A stretch of 64,000 bases of DNA from Octopus vulgaris (Eukaryota), in contig OX597833.1 in the NCBI GenBank assembly GCA_951406725.2, forward strand, positions 54,374,001 to 54,438,000. Direction: 5' to 3'. Positions 1 to 12,902 of the stretch are shown piece after piece; the stretch's first letter is position 1; every line of letters begins with the position of its first letter. The notes under the pieces were generated by a model, which saw only the letters and a list, made by a program, of their open reading frames with translations, searched no databases and was not told the origin of the DNA. The position numbers and the translations under genes are program-made.

Positions 1-773
1 TGTTAAACCTTTCACTTGTTTCTTCCATATTAAATATGTAGGATGTTCTGTATTGATTGAAGAGAATTTAATTAAACTTTCTACAGACTCATGTATCTAT
101 ATGCCTGTTTGTTGTTATGAATGTGTATGCTGCATGTCTGTTGCGCATGTGTACAAGTGTGCGCATCTTTGCTATGTATGCGTCCTTCAGACACAGCTAT
201 CTTCAATGAAGCATAGACTCCACTATATTCACCAAAGAAGAGATGAGAGAATCACTAAGTAGATGTAAAAAGGTTGTAACAGGAGTAGGTGTGAAATATT
301 AGCATATTTAAAAACATTAACCATTGAGATTTATTACCCATGGTAGCCATCTGCAGAGAAAAACAACAGTCACATTAGTATTGATGTATTTAATACAGTG
401 ACCATCAAAAATCTAATCAGAAATTTATTTATAATTAAATTTTCTTTCTTTGGTGGTGTCTGACAATATTTTCTTAGTTCTCTGTCTTTTCTAACACGTT
501 ATCTTTGGTCTTTCTATTCTGTCCATAATATTCTCAAAAGTTTTCGGTAGATACAGACAAAGCTTAAGGCGCAAACAGGGCTCAGTATAAAGGAATAAGG
601 TTAATTCCTATAAATGGGTTTAATATAATAAATAGATAGAAAATTAATAACCTTATCTGTAAATTTTATTCGTTAGTTATCCAGTGAAGTCATCAACAAT
701 TGTATATAGCATTAATTACAAAGATTTTTCAATTATTATAATAAAGTTAATTCCTATAAAAGCGTTTGATATA

Positions 774-1021
774 CAGGGTGTTCAAAAAGTTTCTCCGCAG
801 TAAGTATTTTTTTTTGCAAAATAAATATTTATAAGGTGATGTAGGAAGTATATGCTGTAGCTCCATCTTGCTGAAAGTATGCATTATTACTTTCCCTTTC
901 AGTGAGTTGGCCTACAAATGGATGGACAATATTTGAGCAATATCTCTCAGTGTTGATGGTGTCTTCAAAAAAATGTACAGGATGAAAAACTTCACTGCCG
1001 AGGGACTTTTTGAACGCCTTA
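774..1021 (-). mobile_element. Internally deleted Tc1/mariner-superfamily element
   Basis: TIRs CAGGGTGTTCAAAAAGT / ACTTTTTGAACGCCTT flanked by TA. The minus strand near 855-885 reads AYFQQDGATAY, the second catalytic D motif. Confidence 0.8.
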
Positions 1022-1046
1022 TATTAAATGAATAGGTAATTAATTA

Positions 1047-1072
1047 TCCATACATATAAAGCTGAAGCTGTC

Positions 1073-1104
<32 letters not shown>

Positions 1105-1504
1105 GCAGGTTTGGTAGCCTTCAACTAACACTATCTCCTCCGAGACCCTGTGGCACAAGTTGACCAAAATTGAGAGTATGATAGAAGGCTTGCTCTTCAT
1201 TCCATAGAAGAAAAAAATTCAAATCGGACCATGTTAAGATCAAAAATTATTTACATAAAAAAGGTGCTTTTTTTCTATGAAAATCCCTATTTTTTACGAT
1301 TTTTTGACTGCTGTGTCACCATTTTACGGTGCATTTCAACCAGAAAAATGTTTACTTGAAGAGAATAATAAACTACATAATGCAAAATTTTTACTTTTCA
1401 AAAAAGATTGAAACTATGTCAAAACTTTGTTAATGTGACATCAAAGTCTGCTGTTTTAAGCGCTACTAAAAACAAACCTGAGCAATGCCGGGCTATACTG
1501 CTAG
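1047..1504 (+). mobile_element. Non-autonomous Helitron, family H1
   Basis: A|TC start, subterminal hairpin CCTGAGCAATGCCGGG and CTAG|T end. Homologous to 8702-9085 and 59681-60070. Confidence 0.85.
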
Positions 1505-2105
1505 TTAAGCTGTAAAGGATCAAAGTTTCTATTAATTATAACATTCATTCCAATAGTTTTTATTCCTTAATCATCCAGCAATGTCATCAATAATTGTATA
1601 TAAAAACGCTCATTTTTGGGGGTTAGTTTTTTTAAGATTATTTTTTCATGTAGATTTCAAATTGTCAAAAGATACAGAATTAGCATGGCATTTTTTATTC
1701 TTTATTTGGATTCCATCATTGATAACCTGTGAAGTCTTCAATAATTAAATGTCTTTTCTTAAATACTTTTATATTCTATTTTTTTTTCGGGGGGGGGGGG
1801 CTATTTTTAGTTTTAGTTTTAGTTTCATAAAATAAATTAGTTATTCAACGATATCGCTATCGATGAACGAATGACTGTCTTAAGATGAATTTAATTTAGG
1901 CATTTCTTTTTCTTAGCATTTATTAACTGCTAAAATTTTTCAGATGTTCAGTTGGAATTTCACCAATTTCAGTTTCCTTGATAATGTTGTGTTGACATAT
2001 ATTTTTGAAGATATTATTAATTTTAATAATATTGTTTATATATAGGCACTGGCGTGGCTGTGTGATATATATTTTGAGTTTGATTCCAGGCAGTGACCTG
2101 AATAA

Positions 2106-2459
2106 TCTTTATATATAAAAGTGAGGTTGTGTGCTGTCTGTCTCCTACGATTTAGATTCCTAACTACTCCCACATTTTGCGGTGCAGTTTAACCAAAACC
2201 GTGTATCTTATAGTCGTGATTCATATCGAGCCCTTCTGGGTATTAGCACATGTCTACGATGAGTCTACGATTTAAAAAAAAATTTACCATCAATTTTTCC
2301 CATTTTTAATGCATTTTTGGCATATATAAGGGAAGTAACTCTCTAACCCCCCCCCTTTGTGGTTAGCCATATTGAGATGGCTATTATACTTAACATCTCT
2401 AAAAATGCTTATATAGTTATTTCCCTTACAAACCCGATCAATGCCGGGCAATACTGCTA

Positions 2460-2460
<1 letters not shown>
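2106..2460 (+). mobile_element. Non-autonomous Helitron, family H2
   Basis: A|TC start, hairpin CCCGATCAATGCCGGG and CTAG|T end, inserted at an AT inside (AAT)n. Its 3' end matches H1 but the interior differs. Confidence 0.85.
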
Positions 2461-2497
<37 letters not shown>

Positions 2498-2498
<1 letters not shown>

Positions 2499-3051
2499 CC
2501 CTGATGCAGTACCAGGCAGTGGCTCTCATGGCTTCTGATCTTAACTGATTGGAAGTGTTATCATGTACATTGTTTTGTCTTGGTATAAAAGATGGGCTAC
2601 AGCAAATATTCTGCTCAATACCACAGATTTGCTTGTCAGTTGTTTGACCTTAACCAGTTGAGCATGTCCCTTAGTGGCTGACGATATGTGCATCTCTGAT
2701 CACGAGCAGAAGTAGTGGGGGAGCATCATAGCCATGTGTTGAGAGGGATTCTTTGGGGTTTGAATAATTCACCTCTGGAAACATGGGTGGTTCTTTCAAC
2801 ATCCTTAAACAACCCTTATTCGGGGACCTTTTGAGCGGGATGGGCTACTCAACCTGAAGAAAATTCTAACTGGGCCCCACCTGCAAGGTCATGTGCTGTT
2901 TATCTTGATATGAGATCACCATGTCGCGCACATATGGTTGTGATGCATGTGCCTGGTGTACCTTTATCAGACGGGTAGTCATGATGGGTATATTGGGCTT
3001 CGTATATTTTACCCCAGTGTCACTTTGATGGCATGCACTGCTCTCTCACTC
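2498..3051. mobile_element. ~550-bp interspersed repeat flanked by (AAT)n (family E)
   Basis: Partial copies at about 41290-41485, 45995-46238 (inverted) and 47725-47885. Most copies abut (AAT)n/(TTA)n. Confidence 0.75.
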
Positions 3052-3145
3052 AATAATAATAATAATAATAATTATGATAATAACAAAAACAACAACATCG
3101 AAAAATACCTTAGGAATGAGAACCCAGGTTCGAAATTTTCCCTAG

Positions 3146-3189
3146 ACACCTGATGAAGGCTGGAGAGTATATCAGCTGAAACGTTGTGT
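3146..3189 (+). ncRNA. Minimal type I hammerhead ribozyme
   Basis: ACAC-CTGATGA-A-GGCTG(loop)CAGCT-GAAA-CGTT^GTGT. Stem I ACAC/GTGT, palindromic stem III ACGT, GUU triplet. Confidence 0.8.
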
Positions 3190-3320
3190 TAACAACAAAC
3201 AAAATGAGGACAAATATCTGTCTAATGTAAATAATGTAAACAATTTCTCTCAAACATAGAACAGCTGTATATTCTTCTGCTGATACTACTATGATTCTTT
3301 GAAGAAAGGAAGTTAATAAA

Positions 3321-4092
3321 GGCACAGGCACAGGTGTGGTTGTGTGGTAAATAGCTTGCTTCCCAACCACATGGTTCTTGGTTCAGTCCCACCATGTGGC
3401 ACCTTGGGCAAGTGTCTTCTACTATAGCTTTGGATTGACCAAAGCCTTGTAAGAAGATTTAGTTGATGGAAACTGAAAGAAGCCCAATTGTATATATATA
3501 TATATATTATAATAATAATAATAACAATAATAATAATAAAGGGTAAAATTAATTAATTAATTAATTAATAATTAATAATTTTACCAAGTAGTTTGGTATG
3601 TTAAAAAACCATTATCGGTAAACTTAAACAAACTTTTTTATAATTATGAGTATAATTATAATTAGGGTTCAGCAAAAATTTGCTTCACCACATACTGGAA
3701 TTTAGAAATAGCAGTTAAAACTAACTATTTCGCTACCATAAGAAAATCTCCCAGACAACAATTTCTTATAGTAGCAAAATAGTTAGTTTTAACTGCTATT
3801 TCTAAATTTCATTATGTGGTGAAGCAAATTTTTGCTGAACCCTAATTATAATTACACTCATATACATATACATATATATATATACATATATATTTATGCG
3901 TGTGTGTGTCTGTTCTTGACAACAGATGTTGGTGTATTTACCTCCCTGAAACTTAGCAGTTTGGCAAAAGAGGCTGATGGAATAAGTACTAGGCTTACAA
4001 AATATAAGTCCTGCGGTGGGGTCAATTTGTTTGACTAAACGCAGTGCTCCAGCAAATGGCTGAAACAAGTAAAAGAATATAAGAATAAAAGA
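3321..4092 (+). mobile_element. SINE family A (tRNA head, internal TA/TG tract, tail), split by a foldback insertion
   Basis: Head GGTTGTGTGGTAA...GGTTCAGTCCC at 3321-3490 and tail ending GAAACAAGTAAAAGAAT at 3900-4092. Confidence 0.8.
3645..3862. repeat. ~100-bp-arm inverted repeat (foldback)
   Basis: 3645-3745 is the near-perfect reverse complement of 3762-3862, with a 16-nt spacer. Confidence 0.9.
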
Positions 4093-4654
4093 ATAGGTTG
4101 TTGAGATTCTATTGGTTAACTTTTCAATGTCTTTGTTAGAAACCAACTTGGAAATGTGGTACAGACAATGTTTTTCCAGAATATTATTACTAGAACTAAA
4201 GCAGAAAATAAAATCTTTAGCAAACTTTGAGTGTCAAAAATGTTCTCGTTTGAACTTAGCACTTTGAATCTGAAGAACAACATGTTGCCATGGAAATGTG
4301 CAGCCAAAAACGTCACATGATTTCCATGTTTTACACTTAGCTGCCTGTGTTAGACAGAATATAACACGACTAAGATATGTAGATTTATACACACTTAGTC
4401 ACACAGTCATACAACAAAAATATGTACCATATACAAATGCATATAGACAACATATATAGGATACATGCACACTTCCAAATACAAACATACACATACATAT
4501 GTACACACACACACTCACACACACACACATGTATACTTACAGGCATGTGCACACATATTTATATATTTTCATATAGCTTGCACGTATCTTATGCTACAGA
4601 ATGATGCAGTCATACTAAAAAAGGTACAGTTTTATATATATTGAAAAAATAATT

Positions 4655-5050
<396 letters not shown>

Positions 5051-5336
5051 TTAAAACCAAATCATTTAAATATGTATTTCAATTATTGGTTGGTTCAAGC
5101 AGCTACATAAAATAGGGTAAAAGCCATGACTCAGTAGAAAGGCTAATTAAATTCTCGTCAATCAATAACGACACATCCTACATATTTAATATATAAGAAA
5201 CAAGGGAAAGTTTAAAAATCTCATAACTCAGTTTACCATTAACAGGGGAGGTAATATATGTCTCAGTCACTTAAAGCAAGAATAAAAATCATCCCCAATG
5301 CTGTACAGGAATGAATGACGGATACATTCTTCTTTA

Positions 5337-5729
5337 GTGGAGGCGCAATGGCCCAGTGATTAGGGCAGCGGACTCGCGGTTGGAGGATCGCAGTTTCGAT
5401 TCCCAGACCAGGCGTTGTGTGTGTTTATTGAGCGAAAACACCTAAAGCTCCACGAGGCTCCGGCAGGGATGGTGGTGATCACTACTGTACTCTTTTGCCT
5501 CAACTTTCTCTCACTCCACTCTTACTTCCTGTTTCTGTTGTACCTGTATTTCAAGGGGCCGGTCTTGTCACTCTCTGTGTCACGCTGAATATCTCTGAGA
5601 ACTACGTTAAGGGTGCACGTGTCTGTGGAGTGCTCAGCCACTTACACGTTAATTTCACGAGCAGGCTGTTCCAATGATTCGGATCAACAGGAACCCTCAT
5701 CGTCATAACCGACGGAGTGCTTCCATCCA
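5337..5729 (+). mobile_element. SINE family C, tail type 1
   Basis: tRNA-like head TGGCCCAGTGATTAG...GTTTCGATTCCC. Tail shared with 36686-36912. Confidence 0.85.
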
Positions 5730-5992
5730 CATTCTTCTTTCATTTTCCATTGGGAGCTTTCATTAATTTTTTACCTGTGTCTAATATATGATGGTAGGTA
5801 AGGCTATGTAAGCATCATGGGAAGATTGTAGTTAGACTCTTGATTCAATAATAATATGAGTGAGTAGTCTGATATGGGTCTTGTGTGAGCATGTATGTTA
5901 TAAAAAATGAGACAACAAAACCATGGAATTTATGTCTACACACTGTCCACTTGTAATAACAAAATAGGAACTCCTATTGAAATCTATATACC

Positions 5993-6228
5993 TATTTCTA
6001 TTTCTTTACTACCCATAAGGGGCTAAACACAGAGAGGACAAACAAGGACAGACAAACGGATTAAGTCGATTACATTGACCCCAGTGCATAACTGGTACTT
6101 AATTTATGACCCTGAAAGGATGAAAGGCAAAGTCGACCTCGGTGCAATTTGAACTCAGAACGTAGCAGCAGACGAAATACCGCAAAGCATTTCGCCCAGC
6201 GTGCTAACGTTTCTGCCAGCTCACCGCC
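5993..6228 (-). mobile_element. SINE family B (Meta-domain-like core)
   Basis: Reverse complement of 20396-20627. The family core GACTTTGCCTTTCATCCTTTCGGGGTCGATAAA resembles the MetaSINE domain. Confidence 0.85.
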
Positions 6229-6444
6229 TTATTGGACTCTACATACCATGGATAAGAAGCATTTCTACCCATTCTACATACCACTTTCCTTGGATAATGG
6301 AACTGCAACTGTAACATCCTACATATACTTTTCCTTTTATTTTTATTCCCTTATTTCCCTTTATACTTCCTATATCCACCCTTTTCCAAAATAACTCCTT
6401 ATATTGAACTCTACTATTTCCCTCTAGTTAAACTCTCTCATATT

Positions 6445-6492
6445 GTCTCTGATGAAGGGATATCCCTAATATCCCAGAAACAGCTGTAAGGC
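6445..6492 (+). ncRNA. Minimal type I hammerhead ribozyme in a pLTR-like segment ending at (TA)n
   Basis: GTCT-CTGATGA-A-GGGATAT(loop)ATATCCC-A-GAAA-CAGCTGTA^AGGC. Palindromic stem III ACAGCTGT, GUA triplet. Confidence 0.85.
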
Positions 6493-7689
6493 TACCTTTC
6501 TCTTTATAAATGTCCTATAAATTCCACAGAGCCTTGACTTTGTTGTCTCATATATATATATATATATATAAGGATTGACACAGAAGACAGTGTACTCAAC
6601 GTCCCCCTGAAGAATTCCTAATGTAGATCCAACGATCAAACTCCATTTACCACAGATGATGTCTGGTAGCCGTAAGTGGTGAATGTACTCTGCTGGCACG
6701 CTACTAGGGGCATATCCAAATTAAGGTTTGGATGCTAAATTTTTAAATTTCATATCTAAACTTTAATATTAATTATAACATATATATATATATATATAAA
6801 GATAAGATCCAGGGATCAAAGTGTAGGAAAATATTAAGTTTTGAGCAGTCTGTAGAATTTATAAAACAACAACTTTCAGGAACAATAGTGGTTTATTGAT
6901 GTAGAAGGTCGTACATTTTTCCTATATTGAAATGTGATAGATTGAAAAACGCTATTTTATAGTTCATAGTTAGCAACTGAGGTTGCTGTGTATAGGAATA
7001 AAAATCCAAATTTAGGCAATGGAGTTAGGTACAACCGAGGCTACATATACTTCCTAGCTATCAGAATTTTGGAAGTGGTAGCTACTCGAATGAAGGGTAT
7101 TCCACTAGCTATTTTGTTGTCTCATTCCCTACTAAATGGAAATTGTAATCATACTAATGTAGCATAAAAAGGCATTGTTCAGAATTCATATAACTATTAA
7201 ATATAACTATTAATATAACTATAAATATTAAATATAACTATTAATATAACTATAAATATTAAATATAACTATTAAATAAGTACTACTATAGATTTTAAAA
7301 CAAAATTTTATGTGCATTGTAATTCATTTTCTCTTGAGAAACTTAAGAACTAGCTCGCTTGAAAAAATATTTTGTCATAGATTTAAGGGTATAAGTTATA
7401 ACTTAGAATATTCTATGTTAGATTCTGCTACACAGTTATATATTGATAGTAGGAAAACTGTTATACATTGATAGTAGGATACTAAATGAGGCTTGAGTAA
7501 AGAAGGAGAATTTAGCTGTTGGCTGGATAGATTAGAGGAAGGCTTACAACTGTGTTCCACACTGCTGGATCTTAGAGTGCCTAAGGACAATCAGAATCAA
7601 TGAGGATATAAACAGCTTTTTGGGAAAAGCAATGAGAGCATGGGAAGAAGAAATGACATGCATAAATGAGTTATTAGGAAATGGGAAAA

Positions 7690-8030
7690 TATGCAAGTAA
7701 ATTTTTCAAGGAGACTAGCTTACTCTCCATTACTCTTCATCATTGTGTTAATCCATTTGGCAAGTATAATGAGAAAATCTGGGACTGCTTATATGTTTAC
7801 CAAAACCATGTTGAGAATGAATCCCCTGCTTTATACAGATGAGCTCAAATTTTATATACAAAATATGAAAAATATTTGGATTTTCTGATCCAAGCTGGAA
7901 GAATATTCTGCAAAAAATATTAGAATGCAATTTAGGGTGAACAAGTGAGTAGTGCTAATTATGAAGAAAGGGTGGAAGAGATAACTCTGATGGCATTAAA
8001 ATTACCACGAGAGACAACATCGTTAGATTG
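7690..8030 (+). pseudogene. Decayed non-LTR reverse transcriptase fragment (R4/Dong-like)
   Basis: Frameshifted reading IFQGD..SPLLFIIVLIHLASIMRKSG..LLYTDELKFY..RMQFRVNK..DGIKLP matches the QGD/SPLLF and Y(M)DDLKLY RT motifs. Confidence 0.7.
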
Positions 8031-8069
8031 CTGTGGAATAATGAGGGATAAAAATACCCAGCAAATTTA

Positions 8070-8195
8070 GGGGTGGAGGTAAGTTGATTATAGTGACCCC
8101 AGTATTCAACTGGTACTTATTTTATCAACCCTAGAAGGATGCAAGACAAAGTCAACCTCAGCAGAGTTTGAACTCAGACCATAATGAGCCAGAAG
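8070..8195 (-). mobile_element. SINE family B fragment
   Basis: CTGGTACTTATTTTATCAACCCTAGAAGGATG core, reverse orientation. Confidence 0.7.
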
Positions 8196-8247
8196 AAATA
8201 ATTATAAAAATAATAATAATGATGATGATGATGATAATAATAATAAT

Positions 8248-8280
<33 letters not shown>

Positions 8281-8411
8281 TTTTAAATGCATATTTTATC
8301 TGTGAATTTGCATGTGTAATCTGGGAATGTATACAATGAGCTTCTCTGCCTTAGGTGTATGGAAAACACTTGGTGAGAAACTGAAGAAAATTTGAAGAAA
8401 GAAGGAAAAAC

Positions 8412-8465
<54 letters not shown>

Positions 8466-8467
<2 letters not shown>

Positions 8468-8670
8468 CTCTTCTACTATAGACACAAGGCCAAAAATTTT
8501 GAGGGAGGAGACCAGTTGATTAGATCGACCCTCAGCACACAACTGGTACTTAATTTATCAACCCTGAAAGGATGTATCGACCTCGGCGGGACTTGAACCG
8601 AGAATGTAAAAGACAGACGAAATACCGCTAAGAATTTTGCCCAGCGTGCTAATGATTCTACCAGCTTGCT
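8466..8670 (-). mobile_element. SINE family B variant within (AAT)n
   Basis: Family B head and core. Alternative tail shared with 35722-35938 and 45900-45995. Confidence 0.8.
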
Positions 8671-8701
8671 TCCTTTATAATAATGATTATAATAATAATA
8701 A

Positions 8702-9085
8702 CTAGCTGTATTGTCTGGCGTTGCTCGGGTTTGTTTCAACCCTTTAGAATTGGAATTTTTGAAAAGTAAAAATTTTGCATTATGTAGCTTGTTATTCTCT
8801 TTAAGTGAACATTTTTCTGGTTGAAATACACCGAAAAATGGTGACACAGCAGTAAAAAAATCGTAAAAAATAGGGATTTTCATAGAAAATGGCAACTTTT
8901 TGATGTAAATAATTTTGGGTGATAACGTGGTTCGATTTGAATTTTTTCTTCTACGGAAGGAAGAGCAAGCCTTCTTTCATACTTTCAATTTTGGTCAACT
9001 TGTGCCGCAGGGTCTCGGAGGAGATAGTGTTAGTTGAAGGCTACCAAAACCTGCCATACACAGACAACTTCAGCTTTATATATAT
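8702..9085 (-). mobile_element. Non-autonomous Helitron H1
   Basis: Reverse complement of 1047-1504, with the CTAG terminus at 8702-8705. Confidence 0.85.
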
Positions 9086-9097
9086 TGAGATAATAAC

Positions 9098-9135
<38 letters not shown>

Positions 9136-9501
9136 TAACAATAACAATAATAAAGATAAAATAATGGTAATGTCTGGCCTTAGCACTTATTAGCCTTGCT
9201 CACCTGGATTTCAACATTGCAAGAAAACTTTAGAGATAGTGGACAAGCTTATGAAGTAAAACCTGATTAGTCTTAATTAGTATTCCAATCTGTCCAATGA
9301 TCTTTATCCTTATATGTAGTTAATTGCTTTAGCTACTCTTGGAAAACTAATTGGTAGATATACCATGATGAAATTGTGCTCTCTCTCTCACTCATACGGA
9401 CACACAACACAAACAAACATACTTACATAATTTATTTCCATCTCCTCACAGACATTAAAACGTGTATGCATATATATATCTACATCTAAATCTATATCTA
9501 T

Positions 9502-9575
<74 letters not shown>

Positions 9576-9659
9576 ATAGATATAGATATAGATATAAATA
9601 TATATATATATATATATATACACATACACACATATATATGTACATACATTTATATATAC

Positions 9660-9691
<32 letters not shown>

Positions 9692-9751
9692 GCATATATA
9701 TATATATACACACACACATATATATATATATACATACACACACACACACAT

Positions 9752-9792
<41 letters not shown>

Positions 9793-9816
9793 GAGAGATA
9801 GAGAGACAGATAGATC

Positions 9817-9867
<51 letters not shown>

Positions 9868-10248
9868 ATAGAGAGACAGATAGATCGATAGATAGATATA
9901 GATATATATGTAACATATTTATACCTTTACTTATATAAATAAGTTTCTGCTTTCTACACATCCATATGAACACACACACACACACACTCACACACATACT
10001 GTCTCTCTCACTCAAATATACAAACATATTTTGGTGATGACGATGGTGGTGGCATTGGTACCGGTGGCAGCAACAGTGATGGTGAGATGATGATGATGAT
10101 GATTATGATGATGATGATGAGGAGGAGGAGGAGGAGGAGGAGGAGGAGGAAGATGAGGAGTAGGAAGAGGAGCAGGATAAGCTTACACCAGACATGTATT
10201 TACAACATTCCTCGCAGAAACACACCATCACCCACAAAGACACATTAC

Positions 10249-10338
<90 letters not shown>

Positions 10339-10375
10339 TATATATACATATATATATACATATATATATATATAT

Positions 10376-10432
<57 letters not shown>

Positions 10433-10744
10433 TATATACATGTATATGAAGCTCTGTATATACGTGTGTGTGTCTGTGTGTGTCTGTGTGTGCGTATGTC
10501 TATGTGTGTGTATTTAATATAAGCCAACCTACATAAACTCCAAAGTTCATTTGTAAACTGACATAGAACATCGCTGTCATTGTTGCAGTCATCATGGCCA
10601 TCATGATCACCGTTGTCATGGCCGCCATTGTCGTGGTTCATGTCAGCATCTTTGGCAGTACCAGTGGCAGCTGCAGTACCAGCACCAGTATGACAGGTGT
10701 CATTACCAGGACCAAAAGTTGCAGTGGCAGTAGCAGTATCATTG

Positions 10745-11179
10745 TAATCATCACCATCATCATCATCCTCATCATTATAACCATCATCATCATCAACATC
10801 AACAACATCATCATCATCAACAACATCATCATCATCATCATCATCATCATCAACATCATCATCATCATCATCAACATCATCATCATGCTCATCATCATCT
10901 CCATCAACATCATCATCATTATAACCATCATCATCATCAACATCAACAACATCATCATCATCATCAACATCATCATCATCATCATCAACATCATCATCAT
11001 CACATCATCATCATCATCATCATCATCATCAACATCATCATCATCAACATCATCATCATTATCACCATCATCGTCATCATCATCGTCATCATCATCATCA
11101 TCAACAACATCATCATCATCATCATCATCATCATCATTATCACCATCATCGTCATCATCATCGTCATCATCATCATCAT

Positions 11180-11220
<41 letters not shown>

Positions 11221-11437
11221 ACATCATCATCATCATCATCAACATCATCATCATCAACATCATCATCATCAACATCATCATCATTATAACCATCATCATC
11301 ATCAACATCATCATCATCAACATCATCATCATTATAACCATCATCATCATCAACATCAACAACATCATCAACATCATCATCATTATCACCATCATCGTCA
11401 TCATCACCATCATCATCATCATCATGCTCATCATCAT

Positions 11438-11470
<33 letters not shown>

Positions 11471-11597
11471 CATCATCATCATCATCATCACATCATCATC
11501 ATCATCAACATCATCATCATCATCATCATCATTATAACCATCATCATCATCAACATCAACAACATCATCAACATCATCATCATTATCACCATCATCG

Positions 11598-11630
<33 letters not shown>

Positions 11631-11692
11631 ACAACATCATCATCATCATCATCATCATCATCATTATCAACATCATCATCACCATCATCACC
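10745..11692. repeat. ~950-bp (ATC)n microsatellite with recurring variant blocks
   Basis: Read directly. Confidence 0.95.
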
Positions 11693-11894
11693 AGTCAGTG
11701 CGTGTTTGTGTGTGTGTTTGTGTGTGTGTGTGCATGTGTGTGTGTGTATCAGAAAGAGGGAAAGAGAAAAAGAAAGAGAGAGAGAAAAAGAGTGAGTATG
11801 TGAGAGAAAGAGAAAGTATGTATGAGAGAGAGATAATGATGTGTTGCGGGGGGGGGGGGCATGTAAACACATCAAGCCAAATGAAATCATAGTC

Positions 11895-12105
11895 ATGGCA
11901 GATACCAGTGTCAATCAACTAGTGCCCATGCTGGTGGCATGTAAAAGGATCCATTACACTCTTGGAGTGGTTGGCATTAGGAAGGGCATCCAACCATAAA
12001 ACCCATGCCAAATCAGTCTGGAATCTGGAGTCTGGTGCAGTTCCTCAGCTTACCAGCCCTGGTCAAACCATGCCACGTTGGGCAACAAATGTTAAATGAT
12101 GATGT

Positions 12106-12135
<30 letters not shown>
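11895..12135 (+). mobile_element. SINE 3' part with (GAT)n tail (family G)
   Basis: GGTTGGCATTAGGAAGGGCATCCA motif. Related to 40272-40417. Confidence 0.7.
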
Positions 12136-12136
<1 letters not shown>

Positions 12137-12902
12137 ATGTTAAAAACTAGGAAAGCAAATAACATCATCAATATCTTAAAGCTTCATTTTAAACTTCTAC
12201 AGCTGTTTCAATAACAATATGAATGTATTCCACTACACAATTATCAATTCTATTGCTGGCCCTGAACATTTACAAATGTATATGTTAAATAGTAACATAG
12301 TTAATAATGAGCATTCTAATAAGGATAAAATATTTGAGTGTAACTGTAGGGTATCAGATAATTTCCTTTTAAAGGGAAATTGTAATCATATTAATTTAGT
12401 TCAGAATTCATATACTTATTATATATGTACTACTACAAATTTTAAAACAAAGTTTTATTTGCACTGTAATTCATTTTCTAATAAGAAACTTGAGAACTAG
12501 CTCTCTCAAAAAAGTATTTTGTCATAAATTTAAGGGTATAAGTTATAAGAGTGCAGAGTTATAACATAGAACGCTCCATGTTAAATTCTGCTCCACAGCA
12601 CAAAAGTGATAAAAAAAAGATTGTCTTCTTTGTACAAGAGAATTGCTAGACTTATTAAAAGGTGACCTAACGTTATTAATAAAGGAAAACGGAATCTAAT
12701 TATTATTTACTGCAGATTAAGCCTTTTGATACCAACCAGCCCCTTCATTCAAGGATCCAAACCTCCTGTTTTAAGGAAATCAGACATAGAGAGGGTATGT
12801 TATTGATGAGATCACAAAAGGCAGCAAAAAGATTCTGACTGACAACTGAATGATTGCTTAACCAAGTGGTTGAACATGCAATCAATCAGTTGAGCTTTGA
12901 TT

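Larger units (their letters stand above)
2076..3240 (+). mobile_element. tRNA-headed, hammerhead-bearing SINE-like element, copy 1 (interrupted by two insertions)
   Basis: B-box part GAGTTTGATTCCAGGCAGTGACCTG (2076-2100), (AAT)n linker, then a tail at 3095-3240 with an HHR. Same head-linker-tail order as 36344-36619 (-). Confidence 0.75.
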
